Origin: Podarcis gaigeae
Taxonomy: Eukaryota
DNA: 64,000 bases
NCBI GenBank assembly: GCA_964106915.2
Contig: OZ066917.1
Direction: 5' to 3' (one strand)
Notes under the pieces: model-generated
The model's input: the letters and a program-made list of their open reading frames with translations, nothing else
Database searches by the model: none
What the model was told of the DNA's origin: nothing
Translations under genes and position numbers: made by a program
Shown here: in pieces, positions 1 through 13,536 of the stretch
How positions within the stretch are numbered: position 1 is the stretch's first letter
Layout of the letters: each line of letters starts with the position of its first letter

Positions 1-99
1 CACAACGTGGCATCAAAGCAAAGCTTAGCCCATTTCGCCATCACTTTCCTTCTCACAAAAAGTCTCCATTTTTGTGGGTTCGCACTTCCATTCCACTTT

Positions 100-296
100 C
101 CCCCAAGGAGTTCAAGGTGGTGTCAATGCTTCTCTTCCTCTTCGTTTTATCCTTAGAACACCCCAGTGAGGTAGATTTGGCTGAGAGACTGTGAATGGCC
201 CAAAGTAACCCAAGTGAGTTTCATGGCTGAAGTAAGGATCTGAACCCCAGTTGCCCAGTTACCTAATCCCAACCCTCTAACCACTATGCCACACTG
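100..296 (-). mobile_element. MIR/CORE-like SINE, diverged
   Basis: Typical CORE-SINE reverse-strand text (gtgaggtag...ggcccaaagtaaccc...tttcatggctga...tgaacccc...taaccactatgccacactg). A similar copy lies at 7640-7835. Confidence 0.7.
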
Positions 297-799
297 TCAT
301 GGTGCAACCTGACAAATGTGCCTGAATCCTTGCAAGCGACCCCTCAGGTAAGCACATAACAGGATCCTACCCATCTTAAAGACAAGTGACTCTGTCGTCT
401 GTGCAATTGCATGGTGCTTCCCGGTTGCCAACGTGTTTGTGAAATCTGCCTGTACTTTTGTTATACGTGCATGTGGCTGAAGGGTGCAGCCCACCCTCAG
501 GGCTATCTTCCAGTCTATACTATGCCACATCACGTCACGCTGGTAACACACTGCATGCATTCGCCGTTGACTTACTACTTTTCTTTTACACAGACACACC
601 TCTGTGGCCCCTGCTTGCTCCTTTTTCTAACCACTACGGTGTGAATGAGTTCTGCACCTTTTTTATTTTTAAACGACCCACTACGAAACACAGCTGCCTT
701 TTGACAATCATACGTTGCCACACCCCCTGAGCAGTCTGCAATGTTCTCTCTCTCCCCCCCCCCCACGCCCACCCCGCAATTTTTGTACAGTGGGAAAGT

Positions 800-940
800 C
801 GCTGGGTAATTGGGTCCAGATTGGATAGGTTTAAATATTCATGAGGCTGGCAGAGGACTTGCGAGGGGGTGGCTGCCTTGATAGTGGTGATGTTGGTGGT
901 GGTAGGGGGCTGGGGGTGGGGAAGTGACTAGTCACTGAGA
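800..940 (+). promoter_or_regulatory. GAP43: GAP43 distal (P1-type) core promoter: two inverted CCAAT boxes and a TATA-like TTTAAATA
   Basis: ATTGG at 809-813 and 820-824 and TTTAAATA at 830-837, about 400 bp upstream of the ATG. The layout matches the described mammalian GAP-43 TATA promoter. Confidence 0.65.
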
Positions 941-959
941 GCTGCCAGTGAACAATTCT

Positions 960-1239
960 GGGAAAGAGGAAGGGAGGGAGGGAGCGAGGGGGAGAGCGAG
1001 CGAGCGAGAGAGCATGTGTGATGAGCAATAGCTGTGGACCTTACAGTTGCTGCTAACTGCCCTGGCGTGTTTGTGAGAGTGAGGGTGTGCGTGTGTGTGA
1101 GTGTGTGCGAGGAGCGAGAAAGAGGGAGGGGAGGGAGTGGAGAGGGTGGGGGGAGAGATAAGAGAGAGAGAGAGAGAGAGGAGGAAAAAGGAGAGAGGAG
1201 AAGGAAGGAACAACAAGGAAGAAAGGGGACAATACAATC
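960..1239 (+). promoter_or_regulatory. GAP43: GAP43 GA-rich 5' UTR / proximal (P2-type) promoter with a conserved block at 1010-1066
   Basis: Purine-rich (GA)n tracts flank gagcatgtgtgatgagcaatagctgtggaccttacagttgctgctaactgccctgg, which I recognise from the mammalian GAP43 5' region. It contains E-boxes CATGTG and CAGTTG. Confidence 0.7.
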
Positions 1240-1269
1240 ATGCTGTGCTGTATGAGAAGAACAAAACAG
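1240..1269 (+). CDS. GAP43: GAP43 (neuromodulin) coding exon 1, MLCCMRRTKQ
   Basis: ATGCTGTGCTGTATGAGAAGAACAAAACAG followed by a GT donor at 1270. This is the canonical GAP43 N-terminal palmitoylation decapeptide (Cys3/Cys4), phase 0. Confidence 0.98.
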
Positions 1270-4200
1270 GTAGAGCTGAAGATTTTATACCTCTTTTCCG
1301 CCGAGAAATTCCTAAGACTTGTGGGCTTAATGTGCGTTGGATCTGCGTGCAGGAGAGAAAGAAAGATTCTTTTTTTTTCTTAATATAGGAAACTGCTTCC
1401 TTTGCAATTCTTTAGCATCTTCCCACGAAAGGCTCAGATCACACCCCTTCCATGTATGCAGCGGAGGGGTGGTTTTTCCTCTCTCTTTCTCTGCCTCCCG
1501 TGGAGTTGGCGGGTGGGTGGGTGGGGGGAAGGCTGCCTAATGATCAGAACTGGGGAGCAATAAGGGGGATATCCTTGTTAGACACACCTGGGGGAGGGGG
1601 GTCGTGGGAATGTACGTGGCATAGGATTGTCTATTTAGGATTTGTCGAGGGTGTGTGGATATGGATGGGAGGAAGGAGAGAGGAAAATGGAGAGGGGGAG
1701 CGTTGAGGCAATTCCCTTTCATACACCCCCTTCCCGAGCTACCATGTGAATCTTAGCTGAGAGATGCTTTCTGTCTGTGATTGTTCTAATAGAGATTAGA
1801 AGGAGCTTGGAAGATGGGTGTAGGTTTTCCTTCTCCTCCTTTTCTTTAAGCAACTTGAAGAAGAATAGCTCTACCATTCCTCCCATTGCCTTTTAAATTT
1901 TTTTTTCTTAGGGGTGGGGGAAACAAATGAGCTGCTAGGAGAGATTAGGGGTGTGGGCTGGGGTTCCCTCTGCAATTCCTTTCATGCCGGGGACACTTGG
2001 ACAACTGTGCACCAGCTGGTAAAAGAGACAGAGGACCACGCCTCTGTTAGCTCTCAGCTACGGTGGGATGGGGAAGATGGAACAGTATATGAACTTGGTG
2101 GAAACTGGTTAATTTCTTGTTGGCTCACAAGGTTTTGAGGGGGGGGGGGAAGCAAGTGGGGTTTTGTGGAAAGACTGAGAAGGCATTTCATTTCCAGCAA
2201 TGATAAAATTGTAAAGACGCCCTCAGACAGCCTTCTGCCCCTCCACACACCTTTAAACTCCACTGCTGGTCAATGGTCAAGTCTGCTCCAAATCCTTCTT
2301 TGTGGAGAGGAATTTATCTTATTCATCATGTGGTCTAACTTCTGATTTATTCAAACTGGACCAGGATTTTGGTGTCTTTGATGTGTGGAAAATGGATTTT
2401 GTATATGTATAGGTTTTAAAAGAGAAATCTCAGTAGGTTGTTTTTTAAAAAAATATCTGGCAGCTTCCTTCTAGTATATCAGCTTGTTCCATAATGCAGC
2501 ATCTAGGGTGTTGGGTGGGTGGAAACTGTGGTGTTTGAAATGGTTATTTGTGACTACTGAATATCTGGATTTTGAAAAGCCGCATGCCTTTCCGAGCCAA
2601 CATATATGTTAGAAAGGTGGTCTGAAAGATCTCTAGGGTGGGGTTGGTGAATGGGAACTTCCACTTGCAATAGCATCTATTTCCGAATGTGTGTGTGTGT
2701 GTGTTTTAGACACACTCCAGTTGGTGGTACATTCACTAAATCCTGAAGCAGAGTGGTCATAGAACATGTTGCAGTCAGCCAGCAGAGCATATTCAGTAGC
2801 CATATGTGGGATGAAAAGGCAGCAGGAGGAAGGCAAAAATGACACAGCAGTGAGTGGAGAGGCTTAACACATTTTAAAATAAGGTAGCAGCAGCCTCTGA
2901 AGCTTTTGGGAGTGATAGGCTTGTGAGAGGAACAGTCACCATCTTTTCAAAGGAGAGCACATGGCTAATATCCTACCCACCTCATGGTTATGCTCTTACA
3001 CTTTTTCTATGTATGTGGGTGGGTTTTTATGCTTCCTAGTTTTCATGCACATTTATAAATCTGTGCTGGATTAAAAAAGAAAAGAAAAAGGCACTCTTTC
3101 AGACACCAGCCACACCCCTTTACACACCCCTGAGTGCTTTTCCATGGATGCAACCATACATAGGTATATTTAGATGTGTGGGAAAATGCTCTATCAATAT
3201 ACAATTCAGTGCACATACTTTTGCAGACACAAAGAGACACACCCATGCACATACCCACTCATTCATACACACATAGACATAACTGCACACAGGTGCAAAC
3301 CTTTATTCAGACACACCCACACATGGATCTCCGTTCTACCCTGAGAGTTATACTGCTTGCGCGCACACACAGATCATGCTCATAAAACACATAGAAGTTC
3401 AAACCTATACCTTATAAACCAAACCTGGAGAAAATGAAGGAACCCCTCTCTTCCCATGCTTAACCCCCTTCCTGCTCTTCCTTTCAACTATTCAGGAAAG
3501 GAAAGCCAGATAACAGACGACCGTGATCTGAAGTGGGTGTTTCCAAATTTAAGGGAGGTTTATTTGCTTCCTGGGGAATCCCCTCCTGTATTTTTGCTTG
3601 CAAAAGGACAAATAGCAGAATTCTTTTGGGGGCTGGGAGTTGGGTGTGGGTGGACTCTGAAGTACATATCTGTTTCCATGCATCTATGTTGATCATATGT
3701 ATTTGAATGTATATGTGGTATTCTAGAAGGATAGATGTAGAAGTACATATATCCAATTTTAGCCTCCCCCCTTCAAAATCTATGCCTATAGTTTGTTTGT
3801 GCCTGTAACCGGAATGCACAGAACGAAACATTATACCTAACTGGCCTTGCAGAGGCACAACCTAGATTTCTAACACCTTGGCAGCTGTATTCCTTTTAAA
3901 AAAACCCACCACCATTAAAATGCTGAAAGGTGATGCGGAAGAATAATTGGAGATTAGATTTGGGTATATTTCGAAGATAAAATCCTAAAGTTTATATTGT
4001 ACTCTGTGATTGGAAATGTGCCTTATATATGTTCCATTAACCAATGGCTGTGCTTCTCCTGTTTTCTACTATATATTGAAACAGACAAATACTATGTGGC
4101 TAAAGTGCTCAGTAATGGATGGAATGGGTGATTAAATGAGAGCTAGCATTTCCCACTTGTAGGTGAGAGGATCCTTGCCTTATTCATTGCTTCCCTGATG

Positions 4201-6950
4201 CAATACACTTGTGTTTGAGAGAAAGAGAGGTTTGAACCCTGCCACACCCATGAAATCAAAGGAAGGGGAGGGGTACAAGGAGGAGGTGGAAGAAGAAGGG
4301 AGAGCCTGCATTTCTTCCCTCTTCCACAGGAGTAGCATGGACAAGCTAGGATCTATCTATCTATCTGGACACTGTTTAATGCAACTGTAGAGCAATCAAA
4401 GGTTAGGCAACTGTTTCAGCAATTAGTGTTGGATAGTGTAGTGCCTTTTAAAACACCAGGAAGGCGGAAAGGTACAGGGGAAGATGGAAAGAAAGACAGG
4501 AGTAAGCACCAGAGAGGAGGTTTTATTTCTTCAGGGTATCATCTGTCTCATTTTTTTTTAAAAAAACCCTTACTTATGCTGCATAATGCAGAGGTTGCAA
4601 ACTTGCAAGGGGTGATATGTACCTTTAAATACTGAGGCAGGGAGGAGGTGAAGCCATCTCCCTTCTTTGTGGGAGGGAAACTCAAGCATCTGCAGCTGAT
4701 TCCCCCCCTGATATAATGGGCTACAGCAATATCATCAACTAAAGCCCACAGAACTATATCACTTGGCACTGGCTGTAGATCATGGCTAGAGCTTATCTTG
4801 CAGACAGACATGACACGCGGCTTCTCAAAACTTTTAATTTTAGCTTGAGAGGGTTTTTTTGTGGCTGGAGGCTTTTGAGGATCTTACATTCCATCCATGA
4901 CTATTGTCTTTGAAGATTTCTTATAAATCAAGCATCTGCATGGAAATACTCAGTCTCAGTTCTCTTCCTCCTCTCTCCCTCCCCTGCCCCCTCCCCTCCA
5001 ATTTCTGAACTCCTTGGTTATTATAGAAATGGATTTTTCATAAATCACTTAGTGTAACCCATCCCCCTTTGCATAGATGAGCTTCCCAAGAGGTTTAATT
5101 GAAAGCAGTTCTTCCATAAAGTAAAAGGGAACCAAGATGGTTAGTGGAAGATGTCACCCTTTCCTTGTCGGTACAACTTTCCCATCAGCATTCATAGCCA
5201 CATGTCAGAACTAAAGGGGCATTTGTGGTTCTTTGAATTCTGATATAAGAGTTTTTAAAGCATATTTCATAAGGGAAATAAAGCCCTTCCCAAGAAACAC
5301 CTTGAAAACATGGCTATGCCAGCACATCTGTCCATAACCACACCCACAGTCATGATTTCGAGCTGTTTCTAGAGAAGATAATTTGGTGTAGGGCTTTCTT
5401 TCTTAAGCTGAGCAAAAGAAAGCAGTTTTTCAAATGGAGATTGTATTTCCATGTTGGAAAGGTTTTCAGAACTTAGAATTCTCCCAGCCACTTCTGCAGT
5501 CAACATTTAGGTAATATGTATAACCTGAGGCTGTCTTCCTGTGCGAGGGCAAGATGATGCGACTGTTGCAAAGGCAATGTCCACAGATTATATGAATTTA
5601 GAATACACCCCCTTGTCTGCAGCTCTTTTATGCTGTGCCTATCTTTTTCACATTAGGTGTGTAAAATACTAAGACCTTTGACCCTCTCTTTCTGTGATTA
5701 GTTTGTAAAACAGTTATCCCATGCTGTGGGGGGCATGGCTCTGCTGGTCAGAGGCTGCCTTGAGTGCTTTGCCTTTCACTGTGCTGAAGGGTGTGGATGG
5801 TCCAAAACCTCTGCTTGTTCTGTTCTTAATATGTGCATCTATAAATGATTGACTTTCTCAGTCACACAGGGAGCATATAAACTGCAGGTTCCAAGTGGCT
5901 CACACTGAGAAGATGTTTGCAGCCTGGGTAGTCTCTTCCTGCCCCATGGCGTGATTTTATGCACAACTCCTGAGCTTTGTTTTGTCCCACACCACAGAGG
6001 CATACATTATCAAAGGGCTCAGCTTCTCCCATGATCTTTGAGTTTATAACCTGCAGGCTCCTCCTTCCTGCTGTGTGTCAACTGAGAGTTTTTGACATCC
6101 CATTTTGAATGGGTTCATATACCTTCAGGGTGCAATGTTTTTCAAAAAAAGGACATTGCATTGTATATAGAACTTGCCCATGCCTGACTCCCATAGAGGC
6201 CTAGTTTTCAGGACTGCCACCTATTTGTAACTGCCCATGAAAGTGAACAATCAGAAGTAAGGGTCATGACTGCTCTTTGCAATGGTACCAAGTGACTGAG
6301 TTCTGGTAGAAGGGGGTTTAGTGCAAAGGGAAAGGATTTGGCTCACACCAGTGGTTGCCACCACAAAAAACTACTCCATGTTGTCTTGCCTGTAGTCTAC
6401 AAGAGTCACAGCATATGGATCATGTGAGTTACTTCCTCACTTCATCCCATGTCTGCACCAAGGGCTTCAATGAAGGCATGGCGTTAATGTGGAAAGGAAT
6501 AGCACAATAGAAAGTGTCATATGATTCAGCGCTTGTATATCTTACTGCTGCACTGTGCAGACCAACTACTGAAGAACCATTTTGGTGGGGCCCATGAGGC
6601 TACAGAGAACAATGCCAGAGTGGGGCCTAACTCACTCACTGTGGAATGGGTTTCCACAGGCAACAATCAGCAAATGGATGAAGCAGCCTGAGACCACATT
6701 TGTCAGAGCATGACAACAGTTGCTAATACCTAAAGGGAGTGACTTTCAGGGATGTCTGATGATAGGCCACATTCCCCATGACCTGAAAGCTTCATGTGTT
6801 ACAAGATGTGTCAGAAACAACACTGAGGAACTTGACAAGGTACTTGAAAGGCAATAGGACGTAAGCAGCCTCCTATGCAAGAAGGGTCTTTTGCTTTGTG
6901 TTTTTGCTTATAGAAATGTTGGATAAAGATGAGAACTATTTACTGAGTTA

Positions 6951-7008
6951 GTGCCTGGCGTGCTCTGGTCCATGGGGGTCATGAAGAGTCGGACACAACT
7001 GAACAACA
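6951..7008 (+). mobile_element. BovB (RTE) LINE extreme 3' end
   Basis: gtgcctggcgtgctctggtccatgggggtcatgaagagtcggacacaactgaacaacaa. Degenerate 13-bp TSD atttactgagtta / atttcccgagtta. Confidence 0.75.
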
Positions 7009-7639
7009 ATTTCCCGAGTTAACATCCAGTTAGGATGAGAAACAGAGCAACAAATGTTAGAAAGTTACAATATTAAAAAAATTGGAAGGTTCAGAATCAC
7101 ACTAGTCAACAGTGTTCACACAAGTAAAGAACAACAAACATGGGAAATGTACTCTTCCATATTGAATGGTATGCCTGTACCTAATCATACCGAATCATTT
7201 CTACATGTTGCTGATGCACCTTGCTGTGGAATGTGTGTTTTCCCAAGCAACACGATTGGGGCCAATTCCATGGGCCTTTCACTTCTCAATCACCACCATG
7301 CCTGATGGGACTGTAATAATTGTCTGGGTCTTTCTCATCTGGCCACTAGCCCTTTCTCATGTGATTATAGTATTCATACACAAGCTGTAGTTGTACTGGA
7401 TAACAATGCAGCGGAGCAACATCTATGCAATTGTGCACATGTGAAGGAGGCCTGGGGAGAAACGAAAACATGGTTTGCTAAAAGGAAAGGAGCATATGGG
7501 TCAGTGTCATCGGGTGGGTGTGTTTAAACAGGAATCCAAATTCATTTGGAAAAGCTTCTGGCCCAGCTGAGATAGACAGACTAATCTTATGCATATCTAT
7601 TAAGAATTACCGAAGTCACATAACATTTACATCTGTAGT

Positions 7640-7835
7640 TTCCTCCAAGGAGTTCAAGGTGGCACACATAGTTCTCCTTCTCATTTTATCATCCCAACAA
7701 CCCTGTGAAGTAGGTTACGCTGAGAGTGAATAACTGGCCCAAGATCACCCAACGGGCTTCATGGCAGAGTGGAGATTGGAACCCTGGTCTCTCAGGTCCT
7801 AGTCCAGGACTGTAACCACCATAGCACACTGACTC
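7640..7835 (-). mobile_element. MIR/CORE-like SINE
   Basis: Same family as 100-296 (acaaccctgtgaagtagg...ggcccaagatcaccc...ttcatggcagagtgg...gaaccctgg). Confidence 0.7.
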
Positions 7836-10419
7836 TCACATTGCTGCCACACACTAGTAGAGGTTGGGAAGGTATGCATTTCATACCTTCCCTTTTAAGG
7901 TCTTTGGATCTCCCCATGGAGCTCCATTTTATAATCTGAAAATGATTGCTGTGTTTAAAATAATGTGTAGTTTTGGACCAACAGAGAAGGAAACAGTTTC
8001 ACATAATTCTAGAGCAATGAAATTGTAATATACAGAAATCTGCTGCAGGTCTACAGAAAGTATTTCCCCCCCTTGCTTCACGCATAGTGGTGTGAGAGCC
8101 CCTTTTCTGTGATGCAATCCCAGGGCCTGTTTAACTCCATGTGGATGATGTAACCCCATGGTCAGGGCCCTCCCCTCCAGCCTAGGTACCAGTCAGGTGG
8201 GAAAGACTCATATGATGTGATAGGCTCTCCCCATGTGCATAATCAGACACATGGAACTGCTTCATGGGGAAGCAGGCCCTATGCCACTGCTGCTGTGTGT
8301 GAAGATCTTGAAGTGGACAGGTGACCTTTGGAACTCATTGCTGATAGGTTTGATAATTCCCAAATGACTAAAATGCATGCAAATCAGAAATGCAGTGCCT
8401 AATACTGTGAAGATGGAGAGGGAGTTCTTGCACTTTGTGATACTTGAGTGGAAAATGGGATTAGTATTGGTCCTGTTTTCTACACTGTGCTTTAACTCAG
8501 ATCAACAGAGATTACTGAGCTATGCCCACCATTTTGTTAACCATTAGTATTGAGACATCTAGATTAGGGTTGCCATATTTCAAAAAGTGAAAATCCAGTC
8601 AGAAAGGTGGTCGAGCTTTTCTTGCCCATGTCTGGCAACCCAAAGATGCACATTCTGGTTCTACTTTTCTCTTGCTGGATTTCCACTGAGCATGTTTCTC
8701 CCTGCATGCCAATCTCTCTTTCTATGACTCTGAGCTAATACTTCGCATGGGGATTCTGCGTTTTAATTTAGACAACATTTGCATAACTGTTTTGAATTCC
8801 TAGATGCAAGGTCACACATGTTTTCACCGAGAGTCTTTTGTGTAGGGGGAAAAAAGCCCACAATTTCGCTTCTCGGTAATTTGTGAAAACATTAATTACT
8901 GAATATAGCTTATTACCAGACAAGTGCTGTCCTGGCTGGATCTCATGGAGAAGAGATGGGTAAAAGGTGGAGCTTTGAGTGGGAAGGAAGTTTTAAAAAG
9001 AAAATTCAATGAGACAGCAGGGAGGGAGGAAGAGTTACTGCATTTGTAGGATTGGTGCCTGAGTCTCTGGGCCACAGATGGTTCATGGTTTTTGCTGAAC
9101 AAAGGGAATCTGATTTTGATAGATTATGATAATTCTCTTTATTGGGTTGTATCCAACTAAGTTCTACTTAGTATTCTTGGGTACAAACTATTGCTGTTGT
9201 TTATTTATTTTGTGTTGTTGCAGCAAAATAATCCTGTGGTGTGTATATGGTGCTATACACGTTTATTTTATTTCTTTGAAAATCATTGACTGATGCCATC
9301 GATCTTGTTCTTATGGACAGAGACTTTTAGAATAACCCAGGCCAGAGTAATAGCAGAGTCTTTGTGGTTTGAAGTGTTCAGTGATGATGCATGTGCATGG
9401 GAAGTATGAGTCAGTTCTACTATGGATCTACAATTCCATGCGCTTCTGCCCAAACCAAATGAAAACCAAAATGTGATATCCTCATGTCACTATGTGAGAG
9501 TGGATGATGTCCTGTCTTGCCCAGTGATGTCCTGCCCTGTGAGGAACCTGATGCTGCAAGTCTTTGTCCTACGCAGCATCACTTACTTTTTCATGAAGAT
9601 AGGTGCTGCAGTTGCGTTACTGGTACTCTTCCCTGCCCTAGAGCTTTCCACTTACAATTTACAAAGCAATTTCCACATTTTTAGACTCTGCTTCATAGAC
9701 AGCATCTCTACCCTTTCTTGCCATTACGTAGACAACCCATCCTTCCTGTTCATGGTAATGCAGCATCCCTGTGGGAAAACACACCCATTTGCTTCTGTGG
9801 AAAAATAGCATTGGGAAAATATTGATTTAACTGTCTTTGGTGCAATAAAGGTTTTGTTCTTCTTGAATAAAGTTAATAGCACTGTCTCCTGCAGCTCTTC
9901 ATTTCCTTTTGCACACCCATCTGTTCTGCTTCCGATTGCTTTTCCTCTCCTGTGTGATTCATGTTTCCAGGTTGCTAATCCCTGCTGTGGACCTTGTGCA
10001 TACTTAGCCCTTTTATCTGGCCTGTCTTTTTTCTTCTGCCTTTGTTTCTCTTGTGGCCAGTTTCTTTGAACAACCCATCTTCGTTCTGCTTGATACTAAA
10101 ACGATGGAGGTGATTACACCTGCAAACCTTCCACGGAGCCTGTGGGTTTTGGTTTTCTGTGTTGCAACCTACATGAATTTACGCCCTCCAACTGGAGGAA
10201 ATACGTCACTTCCTCTGTGGGCAGCACCATAACTATCAGAGACTGCGCCTCCCAAGCAAGTCTGAAATGGTCATCTCTAGGGTGGCCAGGCTGGCCAAGG
10301 ATGAGGGCTTGCTATGCTGCGACAGGCCAGTGTTCTAGGCCAGCATTCTCTCTGCTGACAGTGGCAGATATAAGCACAGCATGATGGTTGACAAGCACAG
10401 CATGATGGCAATACCCACC

Positions 10420-10880
10420 CACTGTCATTAATCCTCAGCATCTGATAGCCAGAGAAGTGATGTCTCTGAACATGGAAGTTGCAATTTGGATATTATGGCT
10501 TGCTATAGCCATCAATTGACCTATTCTCCGTGCGCTTATTTTATCTGCTGAAGGCAATAATGTCCTGTGAAAATGAGTTCCACAGGTTAATTATATGTTG
10601 TGTGAGAGAGTAATTTCTTCTGTTTGTCTTACATCTGCTGTGGATGGCCTTGGACCTTTTTTATTTTGAGATTGTTGCCCTTTATTTACTCTCTTCACAC
10701 CAATCATGTTTCTCTAAAACCTACCCCTTGTCCTCTCTCGGTTTTCATTTTTCTCCTAAGCTAAGAAGCCCTGTCTGTTTCATTTTCCATTCTTTTTTAT
10801 TACTATTTAAAAAAGACCCCTTCCAGTGTTTCTACATCTTTTATTATGAAAAAGAAGGTGAACATTGTCCAGAACTGCAT
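10420..10880 (-). mobile_element. Old CR1-type LINE 3' fragment
   Basis: tagccatcaattgacctattctcc is the reverse complement of the CR1 3' motif seen at 11700-11730. Boundaries are approximate. Confidence 0.45.
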
Positions 10881-11424
10881 GTGTTGCTCTAAATGAAGAT
10901 CCTTTTCATAATAATTTCTACCATTATTATTATTATTATTATTAGTAGTAGTAATAGTAAATTTGTATACTGCCCTATACCAGTGGTATACCTGTGCCTG
11001 CACTAATGCTGCACAAAAGTGACCCTCTGATGAGATTGCTGGCTGATCATGCTCAGTGCATACTTTGAAGCCACTCTTTGGAATATTTGGATGGATACTC
11101 TGTTGGAATTGGTTCCTGCTCATCTTAGGACTTACTGTGTTATCCTAGCATTTTGTTTTGAGCAGCTAGTAATGTGCTCTTACATTCTTACATGTTGAAG
11201 TCTTACATGTTAAAGGAGGACCATACCATATGCTTTTTCTAGATATCATATTATAATTTGTAGCACCCCCCCCCAAATGTATGAGAACTGTCCTGCTGAA
11301 TAAGAACAAAGGGCCATCTAGCCCTGTATTTCTGTTCCCCAACAACAGTAGCTGGGCAGATTCTCACAGGAAGCTAAGAAATATGGCACTGGTGATAGTG
11401 GCACTGGCTTCTTCTTCTCATCAT

Positions 11425-11520
11425 ACAACTCCCATGATCCCTAGCTAACAGGACCAGTGGTCAGGGATGATGGGAATTGTAGTCCCAAAACATCTGGCGG
11501 GCCGAGTTTGCCTATGCCTG
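11425..11520 (-). mobile_element. hAT MITE, partial copy of the 21181 family
   Basis: Near-identical to the 21181-21317 element, with one TIR (gagtttgcctatgcctg) retained. Confidence 0.8.
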
Positions 11521-11669
11521 CCCTGAATTACCTTTTTACTCTAGCCTTCACTACAGTGGTTAGGGCTGATGGGAGTTGTAGTCCAAAATGTCTGGAGAGC
11601 ACTTGGTTGACAAAGGCTGCTTTGTTAATTCACACAGTGCATAGCTGAACTATGGTATTCATTTCCACA

Positions 11670-11930
11670 AGAGACAAAGATGGCCACCAGCTTGGATTAG
11701 ACAAATTAGTGGAGGATAAGGCTATCAATGGCTTCTAACCCTGATGGATACATTCTGCCTCAGCATGCTTCTCAATACCTGTTGCTGGAAACTGCAAGAG
11801 GGGTGCATGCTGTTGTGTTCGGATCTTGCTTCTGGGCTTCCTAAGGGCATCTAGTTGGCCACTGTGAGAACAGACTGATGGACTAGATGGGCCACTAGCC
11901 TGATCCAGCAGCAGACTCTTCTTTTTCTTA
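11670..11930 (+). mobile_element. CR1-type LINE 3' end
   Basis: gatggccacc...ggattagacaaattagtggaggataaggctatcaatggc...ggactagatgggccactagcctgatccagc. Confidence 0.6.
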
Positions 11931-12239
11931 CAGTGTGAGCATTCTGAAGACCATTGCTAATTTGTTTTCGTACCCTGGCCTTCATCTTCTAGTCTTTTTA
12001 TTCTGCACCACCTCATTTGGTTTGGAGATCTCACCCCATGCATTACTATCATGCCAGATGGTTACGTAATTGTGAAACCTACCAAGCAGAACTTAGTTGA
12101 CCACCAGTATGGCCTTTGAACTCTACACAAGAGTTTCATCCGTCTATTCTTGTGGCTGTCATTGCATTATAATCCACATAAAGTGCATTGCAATATTCCA
12201 TTTGTAAGGTTATCAGTGCATGGCTCCCTTTAACTATGG

Positions 12240-12400
12240 TATCCGTGTCTAGGAATGGCTGCAGCTAATGCTGAAATTGGTAAAAAGGACTCCTAACCAC
12301 TAAGGCCATTTGAGTCTCCAGTGACAATGATGGATCCAGGAGTACTCCCAAGCTATGTGCCTGTTTCTTCAGAGGGAGTGCAACCCTGTCCACAACAGGT
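12240..12400 (-). mobile_element. L2-type LINE RT fragment
   Basis: Minus-strand translation LPLKKQAHSLGVLLDPSLSLETQM resembles the L2/CR1-superfamily ORF2 C-terminal region. A related fragment lies at 49070-49340. Confidence 0.6.
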
Positions 12401-12409
12401 AACTGACAT

Positions 12410-12473
12410 ACACATTGCAGGAGGTTGGATGAGATAACCCACAGGGTCCCTTCCAACTCTACAATTCTGTGAT
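12410..12473 (+). mobile_element. CR1 3' terminal fragment
   Basis: ggttggatgagataacccacagggtcccttccaactctacaattctgtgat, the CR1 terminal hairpin plus ATTCTRTG repeat. Confidence 0.7.
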
Positions 12474-13536
12474 CTCAAACAGTAAACGATTCACCCACAG
12501 GGCCTCTAACTTAGCAGGATTTAGTTTCATGACCCTGTCACATTCCCCCTCCCCCCAAGTGAATCTTTCCCCCTAGTGTGAAAAATATCCTAGTTGATCT
12601 GAACCACTATCAAAAGCTGCACTATGATTGTAATGGGTATCACCTTTCCGGCACTGATGCTTGTGGGAGGACAAATGTATTGCCCTAAGAGGATTGCACC
12701 ACATACTTTCCCTGAATGTTGCTATATATCTGTAGCATCCTAAGAATGTAAGAGCTGTCTTGCTGGATCAGAATAAAGGGCCATCTGGTCAGGCATTCTG
12801 CTCCCAACTTTGACTTGGCACACAAATTCGACTTAGTAGAGACAGCCTTTATCATAACAGTTCCAGAGTTTCCATTTTGTAATGGAAATGTTAATGTCAC
12901 TATAGGTCCTGTTTGGCTCACCTAATATCCCCCTCCACTCCCATTTTGTATTGTCTGAATTTGCAAATTGGCAATGCAAATGGAACCTGAGACCATTACA
13001 CCATGCTATTTGTTCTAATCAACTGATAATCTAGGGGCACTAATACACTTTATAGCGTCCATAAAGGAAGATTAGCTTCCCTTCATTTGAAGCAATAACC
13101 AATAGAGAAATTTGCTATTGTCTGTTGATGGCCCTGTTATTTATTAATATTTATTTGCTTATATTTATAGCTCCTTCCTAACCAATTTGGAAGTCAGACC
13201 ACGTAACAGACCAAATAATCTCTTGTCAATGTACACCCATCCACTGACGTCCCTTGCCTTCTGAGCTGTCTGGCTGTTCTTAACCTTTCTGCAGTCCTCT
13301 CCAACTACCCTTAGACTTCACTCCCTTAAACCTAATCAGCACTCTTCCAGCTGCTGCTTGTGTCTTGGGGAAAAGGCATGGGAAAGATGAGGGTGTAGGA
13401 ATTCCCTTGGTTGACGTATGATCAAGCCAATTGAGCTCCTAGTAGGTAGAAAGCTCCAGCTGACAACCTGCGCATGGTTGCACTCAAGCCCATCACCTAC
13501 CCTTTTGGCCCCATCACTTGATTTAGGTCTCCCCTA

